A stretch of DNA of 32,000 nucleotides from assembly GCF_003966335.1 (NCBI RefSeq), contig NZ_CP034549.1, positions 2,730,001 through 2,762,000 on the forward strand, read 5' to 3'. Source of the stretch: Nonlabens ponticola. GTDB taxonomy: Bacteria > Bacteroidota > Bacteroidia > Flavobacteriales > Flavobacteriaceae. Below the pieces are notes generated by a model. The model made no database searches. It was not told the origin of the DNA and saw only the letters and a list, made by a program, of their open reading frames with translations. Every line of letters begins with the position of its first letter. Position 1 is the first letter of the stretch. The position numbers were made by a program, and so were the translations under genes. Shown here piece after piece: positions 1-12,170 of the stretch.

Positions 1-253
1 GCTTAAAATTCAAAATGATTTCGGTGACATCTTCTACAACACCTTCAATTGTTGAGAATTCGTGATCGACACCTTCTATACGAATAGAAGTAATCGCAAA
101 ACCTTCAAGAGAAGAAAGTAGTACACGACGCAATGCGTTACCAACTGTCAATCCATATCCAGGTTCCAAAGGTCTAAATTCAAACTTACCTTCAAAATCG
201 GTTGAATCGATCATGATTACTTTATCCGGCTTTTGGAAATTTAAAATTGCCAT
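1..253 (-). CDS. rpoA: DNA-directed RNA polymerase alpha subunit, N-terminal fragment (runs off the window)
   Basis: Hand translation of the reverse complement from ATG at 251-253 gives [62 protein letters not shown]..., the RpoA N-terminal domain. It sits directly after rpsD as in the alpha operon. Confidence 0.95.
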   Translation of the reverse strand, partial: MAILNFQKPDKVIMIDSTDFEGKFEFRPLEPGYGLTVGNALRRVLLSSLEGFAITSIRIEGVDHEFSTIEGVVEDVTEIILNFK

Positions 254-274
254 AAAAATTTTGTGGTTTAGTTA

Positions 275-880
275 TTATTTAGAATACAATTCAACTATCA
301 ACTGCTCCTTGATATTTTCAGGGATTTGAAGACGCTCAGGTACTGCTACAAAAGTACCAGACATTGTAGCCTTATTGAAAGTTATAAAGTCGTATACATG
401 CTCGTTGCTAGAAAGAGCATCGTCAATTGCAGTTAAAGATTTTGATTTCTCACGTACTGCAACTACATCACCAGCCTGTAGCTGATAAGAAGGAATATTA
501 ACCAACTGTCCATTAACAGTAATGTGTCTGTGTGACACCAGTTGTCTAGCACCACGACGAGAACGAGAAATACCCATGCGGTACACCACATTATCTAATC
601 TAGATTCTGCTAATTGAAGTAGGACTTCACCTGTGATTCCTGTGCTACGAACAGCTTTTTCAAACATCAAGCGGAATTGCTTCTCTAAAATACCATAAGT
701 GTATTTTGCTTTTTGCTTCTCTTTAAGCTGAACCGCGTATTCAGATTCTTTTCCACGGCGTCTTGCGTTACCGTGCATTCCTGGAGGATAATTTTTCTTC
801 TCCAATGCCTTACTAGGGCCAAAAATTGGTTCTCTAAATCGACGAGCAATTTTTGCCTTAGGACCTCTATATCTTGCCAT
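275..880 (-). CDS. rpsD: 30S ribosomal protein S4
   Basis: 201-aa ORF starting [15 protein letters not shown] with an S4 domain. Position is between rpsK and rpoA. Confidence 0.98.
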   Translation of the reverse strand: MARYRGPKAKIARRFREPIFGPSKALEKKNYPPGMHGNARRRGKESEYAVQLKEKQKAKYTYGILEKQFRLMFEKAVRSTGITGEVLLQLAESRLDNVVYRMGISRSRRGARQLVSHRHITVNGQLVNIPSYQLQAGDVVAVREKSKSLTAIDDALSSNEHVYDFITFNKATMSGTFVAVPERLQIPENIKEQLIVELYSK

Positions 881-964
881 TTTCTTGTTGTTTAGTTGTT
901 GATGTACTGTGAATTCAGGTCAATATCCTTCAGCAGCCAATAATCAACAGATATTTATAATTAA

Positions 965-1354
965 TTATACTCTACGACGCTTAGGTGCTCTACAACCATT
1001 GTGAGGCAGTGGAGTCACATCTATAATTTCAGTCACCTCGATACCTGCATTGTGAATTGTGCGAATAGCACTTTCACGACCGTTACCTGGACCTTTAACA
1101 TAGGCTTTCACCTTACGTAAACCTGCCTCATGAGCTACTTTAGATGCATCTTCTGCAGCTAATTGTGCTGCATAAGGAGTATTCTTCTTAGAACCTCTGA
1201 AACCCATTTTACCAGCAGAAGACCATGAGATAACCTCACCTTTCTTATTGGTTAAAGAAATAAGGATATTGTTGAATGATGAAGAAATGTGCGCCTCACC
1301 AATTGAATCAACAACGACTTTACGTTTTTTAGATACTGTTTTAGACTTTGCCAT
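965..1354 (-). CDS. rpsK: 30S ribosomal protein S11
   Basis: 129-aa ORF with [14 protein letters not shown] and a C-terminal RAPKRRRV. Operon position fits. Confidence 0.98.
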   Translation of the reverse strand: MAKSKTVSKKRKVVVDSIGEAHISSSFNNILISLTNKKGEVISWSSAGKMGFRGSKKNTPYAAQLAAEDASKVAHEAGLRKVKAYVKGPGNGRESAIRTIHNAGIEVTEIIDVTPLPHNGCRAPKRRRV

Positions 1355-1362
1355 ATCAAATA

Positions 1363-1737
1363 TTATTTAGTTGCTTTCTTCTTGTTAGCAACTGTCTTAC
1401 GCTTACCTTTTCTTGTACGCGAATTGTTCTTAGTTCTTTGACCTCTTAACGGAAGACCAGATCTGTGACGGATACCACGATAACAGCCGATGTCCATCAA
1501 ACGTTTGATATTCATTTGCGTTTCTGATCTCAGCTCACCTTCAATAGTAAACTCGCCTATCGCGTTACGTATCTTACCGATCTCATCATCATCCCAATCA
1601 CTTACTTTTTTATCTAAACCGACACCAGTTGACTGAAGTACTTCTTGAGCACGACTTCTACCTACACCGTAGATATAAGTTAGGGCGATCTCGCCTCTTT
1701 TATTTTTTGGTATGTCTACACCTGCAATTCTTGCCAT
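1363..1737 (-). CDS. rpsM: 30S ribosomal protein S13
   Basis: 124-aa ORF starting [14 protein letters not shown]. Operon position fits. Confidence 0.98.
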   Translation of the reverse strand: MARIAGVDIPKNKRGEIALTYIYGVGRSRAQEVLQSTGVGLDKKVSDWDDDEIGKIRNAIGEFTIEGELRSETQMNIKRLMDIGCYRGIRHRSGLPLRGQRTKNNSRTRKGKRKTVANKKKATK

Positions 1738-1740
1738 AAC

Positions 1741-1857
1741 TTAACCTTGTCTTTGTTTAAATTTTGGGTTCTTTTTGTTGATCACATAAAGGCGACCCTT
1801 GCGACGCACGATCTTACAATCGGCGCTTCTCTTTTTAATTGATGCTCTTACTTTCAT
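1741..1857 (-). CDS. rpmJ: 50S ribosomal protein L36
   Basis: Not in the ORF track because it is under 60 aa. Hand translation gives [38 protein letters not shown] plus stop (117 nt), lying between infA and rpsM. Confidence 0.93.
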   Translation of the reverse strand: MKVRASIKKRSADCKIVRRKGRLYVINKKNPKFKQRQG

Positions 1858-1859
1858 AA

Positions 1860-2075
1860 TTAGTATCTATAAGTGATCCTTGCTTTCGTCAAATCGTAAG
1901 GACTCATTTCTAATTTTACTTTATCTCCTGGTAATAGTTTGATATAATGCATACGCATTTTACCAGATATGTGTGCTGTGACAACATGTCCATTTTCAAG
2001 CTCCACTCTAAACATTGCGTTTGAGAGTGCTTCAATAATGGATCCATCTTGCTCTATAGCGGATTGTTTAGCCAT
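1860..2075 (-). CDS. infA: Translation initiation factor IF-1
   Basis: 71-aa ORF with an S1-like fold sequence, [20 protein letters not shown]...ITYRY. Confidence 0.98.
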   Translation of the reverse strand: MAKQSAIEQDGSIIEALSNAMFRVELENGHVVTAHISGKMRMHYIKLLPGDKVKLEMSPYDLTKARITYRY

Positions 2076-2076
2076 A

Positions 2077-3411
2077 TTATGCTACTGCTTTTCTGTTTTT
2101 ACCTGTTTTAATCAAACCATCGTAATGACGATTCAACAGGTATGAATTAATTTGTTGCATAGTGTCAATAGCCACACCTACCATAATCAACATTGATGTA
2201 CCTCCATAAAACAAAGCCCAAGCCTGCGTAACACCCATTAGGCTAACGAAAGCAGGAACAATAGCAACGAGTGCTAGAAATATGGAACCCGGTAATGTAA
2301 TCTGTGACATTATACGATCAAGATAGTCTGCAGTTTCCGTGCCAGGTCTTATACCTGGAATAAAACCGCCATTTCTCTTGAGATCATCTGCCATTTTGTT
2401 AGTTGGTACCGTGATCGCAGTATAGAAATAAGTAAAGACAATAATTAACAAGGCAAAAACTAGATTGTACCAAAATCCGAAAATATCTGAAAAAGCAGTT
2501 GCTACACTCTTCGCCCAATCAGACTCAAGTGTTCCCAATGCTTGAGGTACAAACATGATAGCCTGTGCGAAAATGATAGGCATAACACCAGATGCATTCA
2601 AGCGCAGTGGAATGTATTGACGTGAACCAAATACATTCTTTTCGTAGCCACCGGTAGCGGTTCTACGCGCGTATTGGACAGGTATTTTTCTAACAGCCAT
2701 TACTAACATGATACATGCAAGAATGACAACTAGCCAAATAACGATTTCAATGATTATTACGAACGGTCCACCAACACCATTAAGTCGTGAAGCCACCTCT
2801 TGAGCAAAAGCTTGAGGCAACGTGGCGATGATACCGACCATTATAAGCAATGATATACCATTACCGATACCGCGATCTGTAATCTTCTCACCCAACCACA
2901 TAGCAAATACACATCCTGTTACAAGAATAATGGTACCTATTACCAAAATCAATGTTTGATTGTCCAATAAGTAAGCTGATTCAGGAACACCAAGGGTTCC
3001 TAGACTTAACAGATAACTAGGAGCTTGAATTAAACAAATCCCGATGGTCAACCATCTAGTGATTTGATTAATCTTACGGCGACCAGACTCTCCTTCTTTT
3101 TGAAGTTTTTGTAGATACGGTACGGCAATACCCATGAGCTGAACAACGATACTAGCGGAAATGTAAGGCATAATACCAAGAGCGAAAACTGATGCATTAG
3201 CAAATGCACCACCGGTAAAAGCGTTGAGTATAGTACCGATACCACCACCTTCAAAGTTGCCTTTAAAACCAGCTAATTGCGTAGAATCTATAAAAGGAAG
3301 TACAACTTGCGCACCAAATCTATAAACCAGCAATAAGCTAAAGGTCATAATAATACGATCCTTTAGCTCTTCTATCTTCCAAATATTTTTTAAGGTGTCT
3401 AGTGCCTTCAT
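2077..3411 (-). CDS. secY: Preprotein translocase subunit SecY
   Basis: 444-aa polytopic membrane protein located between rplO and infA, with SecY-typical sequence. Confidence 0.97.
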   Translation of the reverse strand: MKALDTLKNIWKIEELKDRIIMTFSLLLVYRFGAQVVLPFIDSTQLAGFKGNFEGGGIGTILNAFTGGAFANASVFALGIMPYISASIVVQLMGIAVPYLQKLQKEGESGRRKINQITRWLTIGICLIQAPSYLLSLGTLGVPESAYLLDNQTLILVIGTIILVTGCVFAMWLGEKITDRGIGNGISLLIMVGIIATLPQAFAQEVASRLNGVGGPFVIIIEIVIWLVVILACIMLVMAVRKIPVQYARRTATGGYEKNVFGSRQYIPLRLNASGVMPIIFAQAIMFVPQALGTLESDWAKSVATAFSDIFGFWYNLVFALLIIVFTYFYTAITVPTNKMADDLKRNGGFIPGIRPGTETADYLDRIMSQITLPGSIFLALVAIVPAFVSLMGVTQAWALFYGGTSMLIMVGVAIDTMQQINSYLLNRHYDGLIKTGKNRKAVA

Positions 3412-3420
3412 GTAGTTCTT

Positions 3421-3873
3421 TTATGCAGTTTGTGCTTTGCCACCTGCTTTTTCTATTGCAGCTTTCGCGGAAGCGGTAAACTTATGAGCTGTAATGGTAA
3501 GTGAACTAGTTACTTCACCACGACCCAAAATCTTAACAAGATCATTTTTACCTACTAATCTCTCACTAATAAGGTCTTCAATAGTAATCGTTTCATTCAA
3601 CCTTCCTTCAGCATGATATGCCTGTAAAGTATCTAGGTTGATACCTTGATAATCCTTACGATTGATATTGGTAAAACCGAATTTAGGTACTCGACGTTGC
3701 AAAGGCATTTGACCACCTTCAAAACCTAGTTTTTTAGAATAACCAGATCTTGACTTGGCACCTTTATGTCCACGTGTTGCAGTACCACCTTTACCTGATC
3801 CTTGACCACGGCCAATGATTTTGGCAGATTTTTTTACTGACCCTTCTGCAGGTTTTAAATTTTCTAAACTCAT
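3421..3873 (-). CDS. rplO: 50S ribosomal protein L15
   Basis: 150-aa ORF with GRGQGSGKGGTATRGHKGAKSRSG. Confidence 0.98.
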   Translation of the reverse strand: MSLENLKPAEGSVKKSAKIIGRGQGSGKGGTATRGHKGAKSRSGYSKKLGFEGGQMPLQRRVPKFGFTNINRKDYQGINLDTLQAYHAEGRLNETITIEDLISERLVGKNDLVKILGRGEVTSSLTITAHKFTASAKAAIEKAGGKAQTA

Positions 3874-3882
3874 GATGTGATA

Positions 3883-4062
3883 TTATGCTTTCTCCACAGA
3901 GATTAAGTGAGACACCTTAGCAATCATTCCCATAACAGCAGGAGAATCATCATGCTCTACAACTTGGTTCATCTTACGCAAACCTAGCGCCTCTAATGTT
4001 TTCTTTTGTCTTGCTGTGCGATTAATCGCACTGCGAACTTTCTTTACGTGTAATTTTGCCAT
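3883..4062 (-). CDS. rpmD: 50S ribosomal protein L30
   Basis: Not in the ORF track (59 aa). Hand translation gives MAKLHVKKVRSAINRTARQKKTLEALGLRKMNQVVEHDDSPAVMGMIAKVSHLISVEKA plus stop, between rpsE and rplO. Confidence 0.93.
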   Translation of the reverse strand: MAKLHVKKVRSAINRTARQKKTLEALGLRKMNQVVEHDDSPAVMGMIAKVSHLISVEKA

Positions 4063-4067
4063 CTTGA

Positions 4068-4592
4068 TTATCCGTTAAATACTTTGTCAATAGAAACTCC
4101 ACGTTGTTTTGCTACGGTAGCTGCATTTCTCAATTGCAATAACGCATCAAATGTAGCCTTTACCACATTATGTGGATTTGAAGAACCTTGGTTTTTTGAC
4201 AGTACGTCATGCACTCCTACAGCTTCAAGCACCGCGCGAATTGGTCCACCAGCAATAACTCCTGTACCAGCAGATGCAGGCAGCAATAGTACTCTGGCAC
4301 CACCAAATTTACCTTTTTGCTCGTGTGGTATACTTCCTTTTTGTAGCGGTATGCGTACTAGATTCTTCTTAGCATCTTCCACGGCCTTAGAAATTGCCTC
4401 AGAGACTTCTTTGGACTTACCTAAACCATGACCTACTACACCATTCTCATCACCTACAACTACTATTGCAGAGAATCCAAATGCACGACCACCTTTAGTA
4501 ACCTTAGTAACACGTTGTACACCTACAAGACGATCTTTAAGATCAAGTCCACCTGGCTTAACAGTTTCTACGTTTTTATACTTTTGATACAT
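4068..4592 (-). CDS. rpsE: 30S ribosomal protein S5
   Basis: 174-aa ORF with [22 protein letters not shown]. Operon position fits. Confidence 0.98.
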   Translation of the reverse strand: MYQKYKNVETVKPGGLDLKDRLVGVQRVTKVTKGGRAFGFSAIVVVGDENGVVGHGLGKSKEVSEAISKAVEDAKKNLVRIPLQKGSIPHEQKGKFGGARVLLLPASAGTGVIAGGPIRAVLEAVGVHDVLSKNQGSSNPHNVVKATFDALLQLRNAATVAKQRGVSIDKVFNG

Positions 4593-4610
4593 TGTCTGTA
4601 TTATTTCTTA

Positions 4611-4958
4611 TTAAAATTTCAAGCCTCCTTCACGAGCTCCTTCAGCTAAAGAAGATACTCTACCATGATACAAATAACCACCACGATCAAAAGATACCTC
4701 AGTAACGCCAGCAGCGATAGCTTTTTCAGCCACCTTTTGACCTACTAGTTTTGAGACTTCCTTCTTAGGAGCATCTGACTTCAACTCTCTTGAACTAGCT
4801 GAAGCGATAGTAACACCATCAATATCATTAATTACCTGAACGTAAATCTCTTTATTACTTCTATAAACCGAAAGTCTTGGTCTTGCAGATGTACCAGAAA
4901 CGACTTTTCTGATTCTACGACGTACTTTATTTCTTCTTGCGGACTTTGAAAATGCCAT
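4611..4958 (-). CDS. rplR: 50S ribosomal protein L18
   Basis: 115-aa ORF with RLSVYRSNKEIYVQV and a C-terminal REGGLKF. Confidence 0.98.
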   Translation of the reverse strand: MAFSKSARRNKVRRRIRKVVSGTSARPRLSVYRSNKEIYVQVINDIDGVTIASASSRELKSDAPKKEVSKLVGQKVAEKAIAAGVTEVSFDRGGYLYHGRVSSLAEGAREGGLKF

Positions 4959-4967
4959 AACTTATAA

Positions 4968-5510
4968 TTATGCTGATTTACCAGCTTTTCTTCTTAATAT
5001 CTCACCGACAAACTTCACACCTTTTCCTTTGTAAGGTTCTGGCTTGCGGAAGCCTCTAATCTTTGCAGCGACTTGTCCAACAAGCTGCTTGTCAAATGAA
5101 GTTAACTTAACAACTGGGTTTTTTCCTTTTTCGCTTATCGTTTCCACCTTTACTTCAGGCGCAATATCTAAAACGATGTTATGAGAAAACCCTAATGCCA
5201 AATCTAATTTTTGACCTTGGTTTGAGGCACGGTATCCTACCCCAACAAGCTCTAACTGCTTAGTCCATCCTTCTGACACTCCTAGAACCATGTTCTGAAG
5301 CAATGATCTATAAAGACCATGCTTGGCTCTGTGATCTTTAGAATCAGATGGACGAGTAACAACTAATTGATCTTCCTCTACCTCGATAGAAACATCTGAG
5401 TAAGATTGTGTAAGTGTTCCCAACTTACCTTCTACCTTGATTTCTGAATCGGTAACATTTACCTTAACTCCTGAAGGAATTGATACCGGATTATTTCCTA
5501 TTCTAGACAT
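4968..5510 (-). CDS. rplF: 50S ribosomal protein L6
   Basis: 180-aa ORF starting MSRIGNNPVSIPSGV. Confidence 0.98.
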   Translation of the reverse strand: MSRIGNNPVSIPSGVKVNVTDSEIKVEGKLGTLTQSYSDVSIEVEEDQLVVTRPSDSKDHRAKHGLYRSLLQNMVLGVSEGWTKQLELVGVGYRASNQGQKLDLALGFSHNIVLDIAPEVKVETISEKGKNPVVKLTSFDKQLVGQVAAKIRGFRKPEPYKGKGVKFVGEILRRKAGKSA

Positions 5511-5520
5511 TTCTTAATTT

Positions 5521-5919
5521 TTAATATACGTAACATAAGACCTCACCACCTACATTCTCAGAACGAGCTTGCTTGTCAGTCATAACACCACGAGATGTAG
5601 ATATTATAGCTATACCCAAACCGTTCAAAATACGTGGTAGCTCCTTTGATCCAGCGTACTTTCTCAAACCTGGCTTTGATAGTCTTTGAATATCTTTTAT
5701 TACTGACTCCTTAGTATCGCGGTCATATTTCAAAGCAATCTTGATGATGTCCTGTGCAGAACTATCAACAAATTTATAGCTAAGAATGTAACCTTGATCA
5801 AAAAGAATCTTTGTGATTTCTTTCTTAACCTTACTTGCAGGAATCTCAACGACGCGGTGATTAGCACGCACAGCGTTGCGTATTCTTGTTAAATAATCTG
5901 CTATTGGATCTGTATTCAT
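5521..5919 (-). CDS. rpsH: 30S ribosomal protein S8
   Basis: 132-aa ORF with [13 protein letters not shown] and a C-terminal GGEVLCYVY. Confidence 0.98.
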   Translation of the reverse strand: MNTDPIADYLTRIRNAVRANHRVVEIPASKVKKEITKILFDQGYILSYKFVDSSAQDIIKIALKYDRDTKESVIKDIQRLSKPGLRKYAGSKELPRILNGLGIAIISTSRGVMTDKQARSENVGGEVLCYVY

Positions 5920-5944
5920 AATCTATTCTTTGTCGCCGTTAGGA

Positions 5945-6214
5945 TTACCAACTAGCTTTTTTAACACCTGGTATTAAACCTTGATTAGCCATTTGTCTGA
6001 ACATCACACGTGATATTCCAAACTGACGCATGTAACCTTTAGGACGGCCAGTAAGTTTACATCTATTATGTCTTCTAACTGGACTAGCATTCTTAGGAAG
6101 CTTCTGAAGTGCTTCATAGTCACCAGCTTCTTTCAAAGCTTTGCGCTTTTCAGCATACTTTTCTACAAGTGCCTCTCTTTTGCGCTCACGCGCTTTCATT
6201 GATTCTTTTGCCAT
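5945..6214 (-). CDS. rpsN: 30S ribosomal protein S14 (long form without a zinc ribbon)
   Basis: 89-aa ORF ending [11 protein letters not shown]. Confidence 0.97.
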   Translation of the reverse strand: MAKESMKARERKREALVEKYAEKRKALKEAGDYEALQKLPKNASPVRRHNRCKLTGRPKGYMRQFGISRVMFRQMANQGLIPGVKKASW

Positions 6215-6216
6215 TC

Positions 6217-6768
6217 CTAATTCTTTTTAAATGGTAAACCAAGTTCCGTTAACAAGGACTTAGCCTCTTTATCTGTTTCAGCATTGGTTACGAACGTAAT
6301 ATCCATTCCCGATATCTTATTGACCTTATCGATGTTTATCTCAGGAAAAATAATTTGCTCTACAATACCTAAGTTGTAATTTCCTCTACCATCAAAACCA
6401 GTAGCCTTAATACCTTGAAAATCACGTACGCGAGGTAAGGCGACAGTTACTAGACGATCAAGAAATTCATACATTCTTTCACCTCTCAATGTAACCTTAG
6501 CGCCGATAGGCATACCCTTACGTAGCTTAAATGAAGCAACGTCCTTTTTGGACATCGTTGCCACGGCTTTTTGACCAGTGATTGCTGTAAGCTCTTCGAT
6601 TGCATAATCAATCAACTTCTTATCAGCAACAGCAGCACCAACACCTCGACTCAAGACTATTTTCTCAAGCTTTGGTATTTCCATTACATTAGAATAACCG
6701 AATTCATCCTTTAATGAATCCATTACTCGTTCTTTATATTCCGTCTTTAGTCTTGGTATATACGACAT
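6217..6768 (-). CDS. rplE: 50S ribosomal protein L5
   Basis: 183-aa ORF with typical L5 sequence. Operon position fits. Confidence 0.98.
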   Translation of the reverse strand: MSYIPRLKTEYKERVMDSLKDEFGYSNVMEIPKLEKIVLSRGVGAAVADKKLIDYAIEELTAITGQKAVATMSKKDVASFKLRKGMPIGAKVTLRGERMYEFLDRLVTVALPRVRDFQGIKATGFDGRGNYNLGIVEQIIFPEINIDKVNKISGMDITFVTNAETDKEAKSLLTELGLPFKKN

Positions 6769-6770
6769 GA

Positions 6771-7082
6771 CTATATTGTTTCTTTAGTAGATCTTGCGAC
6801 ACGCACTTTCTTGCCATCGTTGATGTCATAACCTACACGAGTAGATTTACCATTGCCATCAATTAGAGCAAGATTTGAGATATGCAATGCAGCCTCTTTC
6901 TCTTTAATTCCTCCTTGTGGATTAGTTGCACTAGGCTTCTCATGTTTAGAAACAAGATTAACACCTTCAACTATCGCTTTAGATTTATCTGTGATAATTT
7001 TCTGAACCTTACCCTCAGCACCTTTATTGGCACCAGCAATAACTCTCACAGTATCTCCAGATTTGATTTTATACTTTCCCAT
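6771..7082 (-). CDS. rplX: 50S ribosomal protein L24
   Basis: 103-aa ORF with a KOW motif, [20 protein letters not shown]. Confidence 0.98.
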   Translation of the reverse strand: MGKYKIKSGDTVRVIAGANKGAEGKVQKIITDKSKAIVEGVNLVSKHEKPSATNPQGGIKEKEAALHISNLALIDGNGKSTRVGYDINDGKKVRVARSTKETI

Positions 7083-7090
7083 AACTTTTT

Positions 7091-7459
7091 CTACAGCACC
7101 TCAGGTGCTAATGAAACTATTTTCATGAATTGCTTATCACGCAGCTCACGAGCTACTGGCCCAAAAACACGGGTACCTCTCATATCAGATGTAGGATTCA
7201 ATAAAACACAAGCATTATCATCAAATCTAATATAAGAACCATCAGCACGACGTACTTCTTTACGAGTACGAACAACTACAGCGGTTGACACAGCTCCTTT
7301 TTTAATGTTTCCGTTAGGAGTTACCTCCTTAACAGAAACAACAATCTTATCTCCAACTGAAGCATAACGACGTTTAGTACCACCTAACACACGGATGCAA
7401 AGAACTTCTTTGGCACCAGTATTATCAGCAACTTTTAATCTTGATTCCTGTTGTACCAT
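7091..7459 (-). CDS. rplN: 50S ribosomal protein L14
   Basis: 122-aa ORF starting [17 protein letters not shown]. Its ATG overlaps the rpsQ stop (TAATG). Confidence 0.98.
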   Translation of the reverse strand: MVQQESRLKVADNTGAKEVLCIRVLGGTKRRYASVGDKIVVSVKEVTPNGNIKKGAVSTAVVVRTRKEVRRADGSYIRFDDNACVLLNPTSDMRGTRVFGPVARELRDKQFMKIVSLAPEVL

Positions 7460-7716
7460 TACTTAGCTCTTTCTAAAATTTCTACTAATCTCCAATTCTT
7501 AGTTTTACTCAACGGACGAGTCTCCATGATGCGTACGGTATCACCCTCATTGCAGTCATTTTTCTCATCATGAGCTACGTACTTTTTAGTGTTCAAAACG
7601 AACTTACCGTACATAGGGTGCTTTTGACGCTTAACTTCAGCAACAACGATGCTTTTATCCATCTTGTTACTTCTTACCACGCCGATACGCTCTTTTCTTA
7701 AATTTCTTTCCTCCAT
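7459..7716 (-). CDS. rpsQ: 30S ribosomal protein S17
   Basis: 85-aa ORF at the S17 position with S17 sequence. Confidence 0.98.
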   Translation of the reverse strand: MEERNLRKERIGVVRSNKMDKSIVVAEVKRQKHPMYGKFVLNTKKYVAHDEKNDCNEGDTVRIMETRPLSKTKNWRLVEILERAK

Positions 7717-7727
7717 GATAATACCTA

Positions 7728-7910
7728 TTATGAATTATTGATCGCTGTTTTCAAACGAGCAATAGTCTTTCTCAACTTTGTTATTTGTGAAGGATTCTCA
7801 AGTGGCGACACAACGTGTGTTCTTTTAAGATCTGTATAAGCTCTTTGAGACTCTGCCAACTTATCTGACAGTTCTGCTTGAGAGTAACCCTTTACTTCTG
7901 ATTGTTTCAT
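7728..7910 (-). CDS. rpmC: 50S ribosomal protein L29
   Basis: 60-aa ORF between rplP and rpsQ. Confidence 0.96.
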   Translation of the reverse strand: MKQSEVKGYSQAELSDKLAESQRAYTDLKRTHVVSPLENPSQITKLRKTIARLKTAINNS

Positions 7911-7916
7911 AGCTTC

Positions 7917-8336
7917 TTACTCTTGATAGTCGCGTGCGACAATGAATTTTGTTTTAACTGGTAGTTTTTGAGCTGCTAGACGCAAAGCTTCTTGAGCGGT
8001 CGCCAAAGGCACACCAGAAACTTCAAACAATATTCTACCCGGCTTAACTACAGCTGCCCAATATTCCACAGCACCTTTACCTTTACCCATACGTACTTCA
8101 AGTGGCTTCTTAGTAATAGGTTTGTCTGGAAATATTTTGATCCACAATGAGCCTTCACGCTTCATGAAACGAGTAGCAGCAATACGAGCCGCCTCGATCT
8201 GACGTGAATTAATAAACTCAGAATCCAATGATTTGATTCCAAAAGTTCCGTAAGCTAGCTGATTACCTCTACCAGAATCACCTTTCATGCGACCCTTTTG
8301 CTGCTTTCTAAATTTAGTTTTTCTAGGTTGTAACAT
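7917..8336 (-). CDS. rplP: 50S ribosomal protein L16
   Basis: 139-aa ORF starting [16 protein letters not shown]. Confidence 0.98.
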   Translation of the reverse strand: MLQPRKTKFRKQQKGRMKGDSGRGNQLAYGTFGIKSLDSEFINSRQIEAARIAATRFMKREGSLWIKIFPDKPITKKPLEVRMGKGKGAVEYWAAVVKPGRILFEVSGVPLATAQEALRLAAQKLPVKTKFIVARDYQE

Positions 8337-8345
8337 TACTAGCTA

Positions 8346-9065
8346 TTATTTTCTACGACGTCTATTACCACCTCTTGATGGAGCGCCACTTTGTTTACCT
8401 TTACTCTTTGCAAGTCCAGCTAAAGGAGACAATTCTCTTTTACCATAAACCTCACCTTTCATTATCCAAACTTTCACGCCAATTCTACCATAGGTAGTAT
8501 GAGCCTCTACCAATGCATAATCAATATCTGCTCTAAAAGTTGAAAGAGGAATTCTTCCATCTTTGTAAGATTCAGATCTTGCCATCTCAGCACCATTCAA
8601 TCTACCAGAAATTTGGATTTTGATTCCTTCTGCATTCATTCGCATCGCAGCGGCGATGGCCATCTTGATCGCACGTCTGTAAGATATACGATTCTCAATC
8701 TGACGCGCAACACTAGCACCAACTAGGTGAGCATCAAGTTCCGGACGTTTGATCTCATGAATATTGATCTGAACATCTTTACTCGTAATTTTTTTGAGCT
8801 CTTCTTTAAGTCTATCTACTTCTTGACCACCTTTACCAATAATAATACCTGGTCTTGCGGTAGTAATAGTAATAGTTACGAGTTTAAGAGTACGTTCAAT
8901 GATGACTCTGGAAACACTAGCCTTGGAAAGACGTGCATGAATATATCTGCGTATCTTATCATCCTCGGCAAGTTTATCACCATAGTCGTTACCACCGTAC
9001 CAGTTAGATTCCCAACCTCTGATAATACCTAATCGATTTCCTATTGGATTTGTCTTTTGTCCCAT
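8346..9065 (-). CDS. rpsC: 30S ribosomal protein S3
   Basis: 239-aa ORF starting [13 protein letters not shown], with a KH domain. Confidence 0.98.
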   Translation of the reverse strand: MGQKTNPIGNRLGIIRGWESNWYGGNDYGDKLAEDDKIRRYIHARLSKASVSRVIIERTLKLVTITITTARPGIIIGKGGQEVDRLKEELKKITSKDVQINIHEIKRPELDAHLVGASVARQIENRISYRRAIKMAIAAAMRMNAEGIKIQISGRLNGAEMARSESYKDGRIPLSTFRADIDYALVEAHTTYGRIGVKVWIMKGEVYGKRELSPLAGLAKSKGKQSGAPSRGGNRRRRK

Positions 9066-9072
9066 ATTCTAA

Positions 9073-9480
9073 TTAGCTATTCTGTTGGTTAGACTCTCCT
9101 AAAACAAGAGTAACGTGATTTGATCTTTTTCTAATACGGTGCGCACGTCCTTGAGGTGCTGGACGCAACCTCTTCAACATTGTACCACCGTCTACTCTAA
9201 TTTCTTTAATAAATAAACCAGCATCTGCAACATCTCCTTCTTCATTTTTTGCCTGCCAGTTAGCTACTGCACTAAGTACAAGTTTATCTAATCTTCTCGC
9301 TGCTTCCTTAGAAGAGAATTTAAGGATGTTCAAAGCATCTTCTACTTTTTTACCGCGAATAACATCGGCAACTAATCTCATCTTGCGAGGAGATGTAGGA
9401 CAATTATTCAACTTAGCAAAAGCTATGTTTCTTCTCTCTTCCTTCAAGCGTTCTGCTGATTGTTTCTTACGAACTCCCAT
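9073..9480 (-). CDS. rplV: 50S ribosomal protein L22
   Basis: 135-aa ORF at the L22 position with L22 sequence. Confidence 0.97.
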   Translation of the reverse strand: MGVRKKQSAERLKEERRNIAFAKLNNCPTSPRKMRLVADVIRGKKVEDALNILKFSSKEAARRLDKLVLSAVANWQAKNEEGDVADAGLFIKEIRVDGGTMLKRLRPAPQGRAHRIRKRSNHVTLVLGESNQQNS

Positions 9481-9483
9481 AGC

Positions 9484-9762
9484 TTATTTCTTTCCTTTAT
9501 TTTTAGCGGCTGCATGTCCACGATAAGATCTAGTTGGTGAAAATTCACCAAGTTTATGACCTACCATGTTTTCAGTTACATATACAGGAACGAATTGTCG
9601 TCCATTATGAACTGCAATCGTCTGACCAACAAAATCTGGCGTAATCATAGATGCACGAGACCATGTTTTTATTACCGTTTTCTTACCTGACTCAACATTT
9701 TGAGCCACCTTAGATTCCAACTTATGAAATACATAAGGTCCTTTTTTTAATGAACGAGCCAT
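9484..9762 (-). CDS. rpsS: 30S ribosomal protein S19
   Basis: 92-aa ORF starting [11 protein letters not shown]. Confidence 0.98.
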   Translation of the reverse strand: MARSLKKGPYVFHKLESKVAQNVESGKKTVIKTWSRASMITPDFVGQTIAVHNGRQFVPVYVTENMVGHKLGEFSPTRSYRGHAAAKNKGKK

Positions 9763-9765
9763 AAT

Positions 9766-10590
9766 TTATTTCTTTCTACGTTCTAAAATATATTGAGTAC
9801 TAGCCTTGTTAAGATCTCTCGTTCTGAAACCTTTTGCAGGTATACCATTACGTGATCTTGGGTGTCCACCTGATGCACGACCTTCACCACCACCCATTGG
9901 GTGATCAACAGGATTCATCGCTACAGGTCTTGTACGTGGACGACGACCTAACCATCTACTGCGACCAGCTTTACCACCAACAACAAGTTGATGATCACTA
10001 TTACTAATTGCACCGATCGTTGCTAAACATTCTTGTAAAATCAACCTAGTTTCTCCAGATGGCATCTTTATAGTTGCATACTTACCATCCCTCGCCATCA
10101 GTTGAGCAAAAGAACCAGCACTGCGCGCAATAACGGCACCTTGACCCGGACGTAACTCAATACAACTAATAATAGACCCTAAAGGAATATTAGCAAGTTT
10201 CATAGCATTACCTACTTCAGGAGCTGTGCTATCGTTCGAAACGATATTCTGTCCTACCTGCAGACCGTTCTGTGCGATAACATAACGCTTCTCACCATCC
10301 TGGTAATTGACCAATGCGATGAAAGCGGTACGATTAGGATCGTACTCAATGGTAGATACCGTTGCCGGCACACCTTGCTTATCACGCTTAAAGTCTATGA
10401 TGCGGTAGCGACGTTTGTGTCCACCACCTTTGTAACGCATAGTCATACGACCCGTCGCGTTACGACCTCCAGAGCGTTTCTTAGGAGCCAAAAGGCTCTT
10501 CTCAGGCTTATCAGTAGTAATGGCATCATAGCCATTTACTACTCTAAAACGCTGCCCGGGAGTTACTGGTTTTAATTTTCTTACTGACAT
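9766..10590 (-). CDS. rplB: 50S ribosomal protein L2
   Basis: 274-aa ORF with [13 protein letters not shown]. Confidence 0.98.
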   Translation of the reverse strand: MSVRKLKPVTPGQRFRVVNGYDAITTDKPEKSLLAPKKRSGGRNATGRMTMRYKGGGHKRRYRIIDFKRDKQGVPATVSTIEYDPNRTAFIALVNYQDGEKRYVIAQNGLQVGQNIVSNDSTAPEVGNAMKLANIPLGSIISCIELRPGQGAVIARSAGSFAQLMARDGKYATIKMPSGETRLILQECLATIGAISNSDHQLVVGGKAGRSRWLGRRPRTRPVAMNPVDHPMGGGEGRASGGHPRSRNGIPAKGFRTRDLNKASTQYILERRKK

Positions 10591-10601
10591 TATTGTCTTA
10601 A

Positions 10602-10892
10602 TTATAGATTGCTATAAAGGTCGATACTATCACCGTCCTTAAGTTGTACAAACGCTTTTTTACGAGCCGCTGTTTTACCAACTTGCATTCCTGATTTAGT
10701 GTACTTTGATTTACGATTAATGCGAGTATTCATGGTTCTAACTTTAAGAACCGTCACGCCGTAAACCTCTTCTACTTCTTTTTTGATCTGTACTTTGTTT
10801 GCCTTAGGAGACACTTCAAAACCATATCTATTCAACAACTCACTATCGCTCGTTGCTTTCTCGGTAATTATTGGTTTAATTAAAATGCTCAT
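10602..10892 (-). CDS. rplW: 50S ribosomal protein L23
   Basis: 96-aa ORF at the L23 position. Confidence 0.97.
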   Translation of the reverse strand: MSILIKPIITEKATSDSELLNRYGFEVSPKANKVQIKKEVEEVYGVTVLKVRTMNTRINRKSKYTKSGMQVGKTAARKKAFVQLKDGDSIDLYSNL

Positions 10893-10895
10893 GAC

Positions 10896-11525
10896 TTATT
10901 TACTTAGATTTTGCTGAATTCCGTCGAGTGAACCTTCTAGCATCACAACATTATTAGCATGTAATATCTTGTAAGTGCTTAATTCTGAGTGAGTTACAAC
11001 ATCAGTACCCTTCAAATTTCGCGAAGACAAATATACATTATTATTTGATCCACCCAACACAAACAATGTTTTTTTATCATTAAGTCCTAAATCGCTTAAA
11101 ACCTGAATGAAATTCTTTGTTTTAGGAGCCTCAAAATTGAAGTCCTCCACTACGTGCAAAGCTCCTTCAGAAGCCTTTTGACTTAAAGCACTTTTACGCG
11201 CCAATCTTTTCTGAGCCTTGTTGAGTTTAAAACGATAATCACGTGGTACTGGACCAAAGATTCTACCACCACCTCTAAATACTGGAGACTTTATAGAACC
11301 AGCACGAGCTGTACCCGTACCTTTTTGTTTCTTGATCTTTCTTGTACTACCAACAATCTCTGCACGCTGCTTTGCTTTGTGCGTTCCTTGTCGTTGATTT
11401 GCTAGGTATTGCTTTACATCCAGATAGATGGCATGCTCACTAGGCTCTATTCCAAAAACATCGTCAGACAATTCTACCTGACGTCCTGTTTCTTTTCCTT
11501 TGATGTCTAATACTGCTACCTTCAT
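10896..11525 (-). CDS. rplD: 50S ribosomal protein L4
   Basis: 209-aa ORF. Its ATG overlaps the rplC stop (TAATG). Confidence 0.97.
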   Translation of the reverse strand: MKVAVLDIKGKETGRQVELSDDVFGIEPSEHAIYLDVKQYLANQRQGTHKAKQRAEIVGSTRKIKKQKGTGTARAGSIKSPVFRGGGRIFGPVPRDYRFKLNKAQKRLARKSALSQKASEGALHVVEDFNFEAPKTKNFIQVLSDLGLNDKKTLFVLGGSNNNVYLSSRNLKGTDVVTHSELSTYKILHANNVVMLEGSLDGIQQNLSK

Positions 11526-12142
11526 TATTTCTGAACGATTACATAAGAGTTCTTGTGTCCTGGAATTGCTCCCTTAACTACAAGTATATTTTGCTCAGGT
11601 ACAACCTTGAGCACTCTTAAATTTTGAACTTTTACTTTTTCATTACCCATCTGGCCCGCCATGCGCATTCCTTTGAATACTCTCGCAGGATATGACGCAG
11701 CACCGATAGAACCAGGAGCTCTCAAACGATTATGTTGACCGTGGGTCGCTTGACCTACACCACCAAAACCGTGACGCTTAACAACACCTTGAAATCCTTT
11801 ACCTTTTGATGTACCAGACACATCGACAAATTCACCTTCAGCAAACATATCAACAGTGATGGTATCACCTAATTTGTACTCCTCATCAAAACTCTTGAAC
11901 TCAGCAACTTTTCTCTTGACAGCAGTACCAGCTTTTTTAAAGTGCCCTTGAGCAGCTTTTGAAGCATTCTTGTCTGATTTGTCATCGAAACCTAGTTGCA
12001 GCGCGGCATAACCGTCTGTATCTTCAGTTCTGACTTGGGTAACGACACATGGTCCAGCTTGAATGACAGTACATGGAAGATTTTTTCCATTCTCGTCATA
12101 AATGCTAGTCATGCCAATCTTTTTTCCTATTAACCCAGACAT
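11525..12142 (-). CDS. rplC: 50S ribosomal protein L3
   Basis: 205-aa ORF starting [12 protein letters not shown]. Confidence 0.98.
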   Translation of the reverse strand: MSGLIGKKIGMTSIYDENGKNLPCTVIQAGPCVVTQVRTEDTDGYAALQLGFDDKSDKNASKAAQGHFKKAGTAVKRKVAEFKSFDEEYKLGDTITVDMFAEGEFVDVSGTSKGKGFQGVVKRHGFGGVGQATHGQHNRLRAPGSIGAASYPARVFKGMRMAGQMGNEKVKVQNLRVLKVVPEQNILVVKGAIPGHKNSYVIVQK

Positions 12143-12170
12143 AATTTATTATTTGATTTAATTCTATTTG

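Noticed and set aside
881-964. 84-nt rpsK-rpsD spacer with a GTTGAT...ATCAAC inverted repeat, considered as a possible S4 autoregulatory leader.
   Set aside because: The arms are only 6 bp and are separated by about 40 nt. I cannot support a specific structure or homology to known S4-binding leaders from sequence alone.
3461-3479. Near-copy of the palindromic repeat inside rplO (GCTTTCGCGGAAGCGGTAA).
   Set aside because: It differs by one substitution and one extra base, is not a palindrome, and encodes the conserved L15 C-terminal segment FTASAKAAIE. It is most likely a chance resemblance driven by Ala/Ser/Lys codons.
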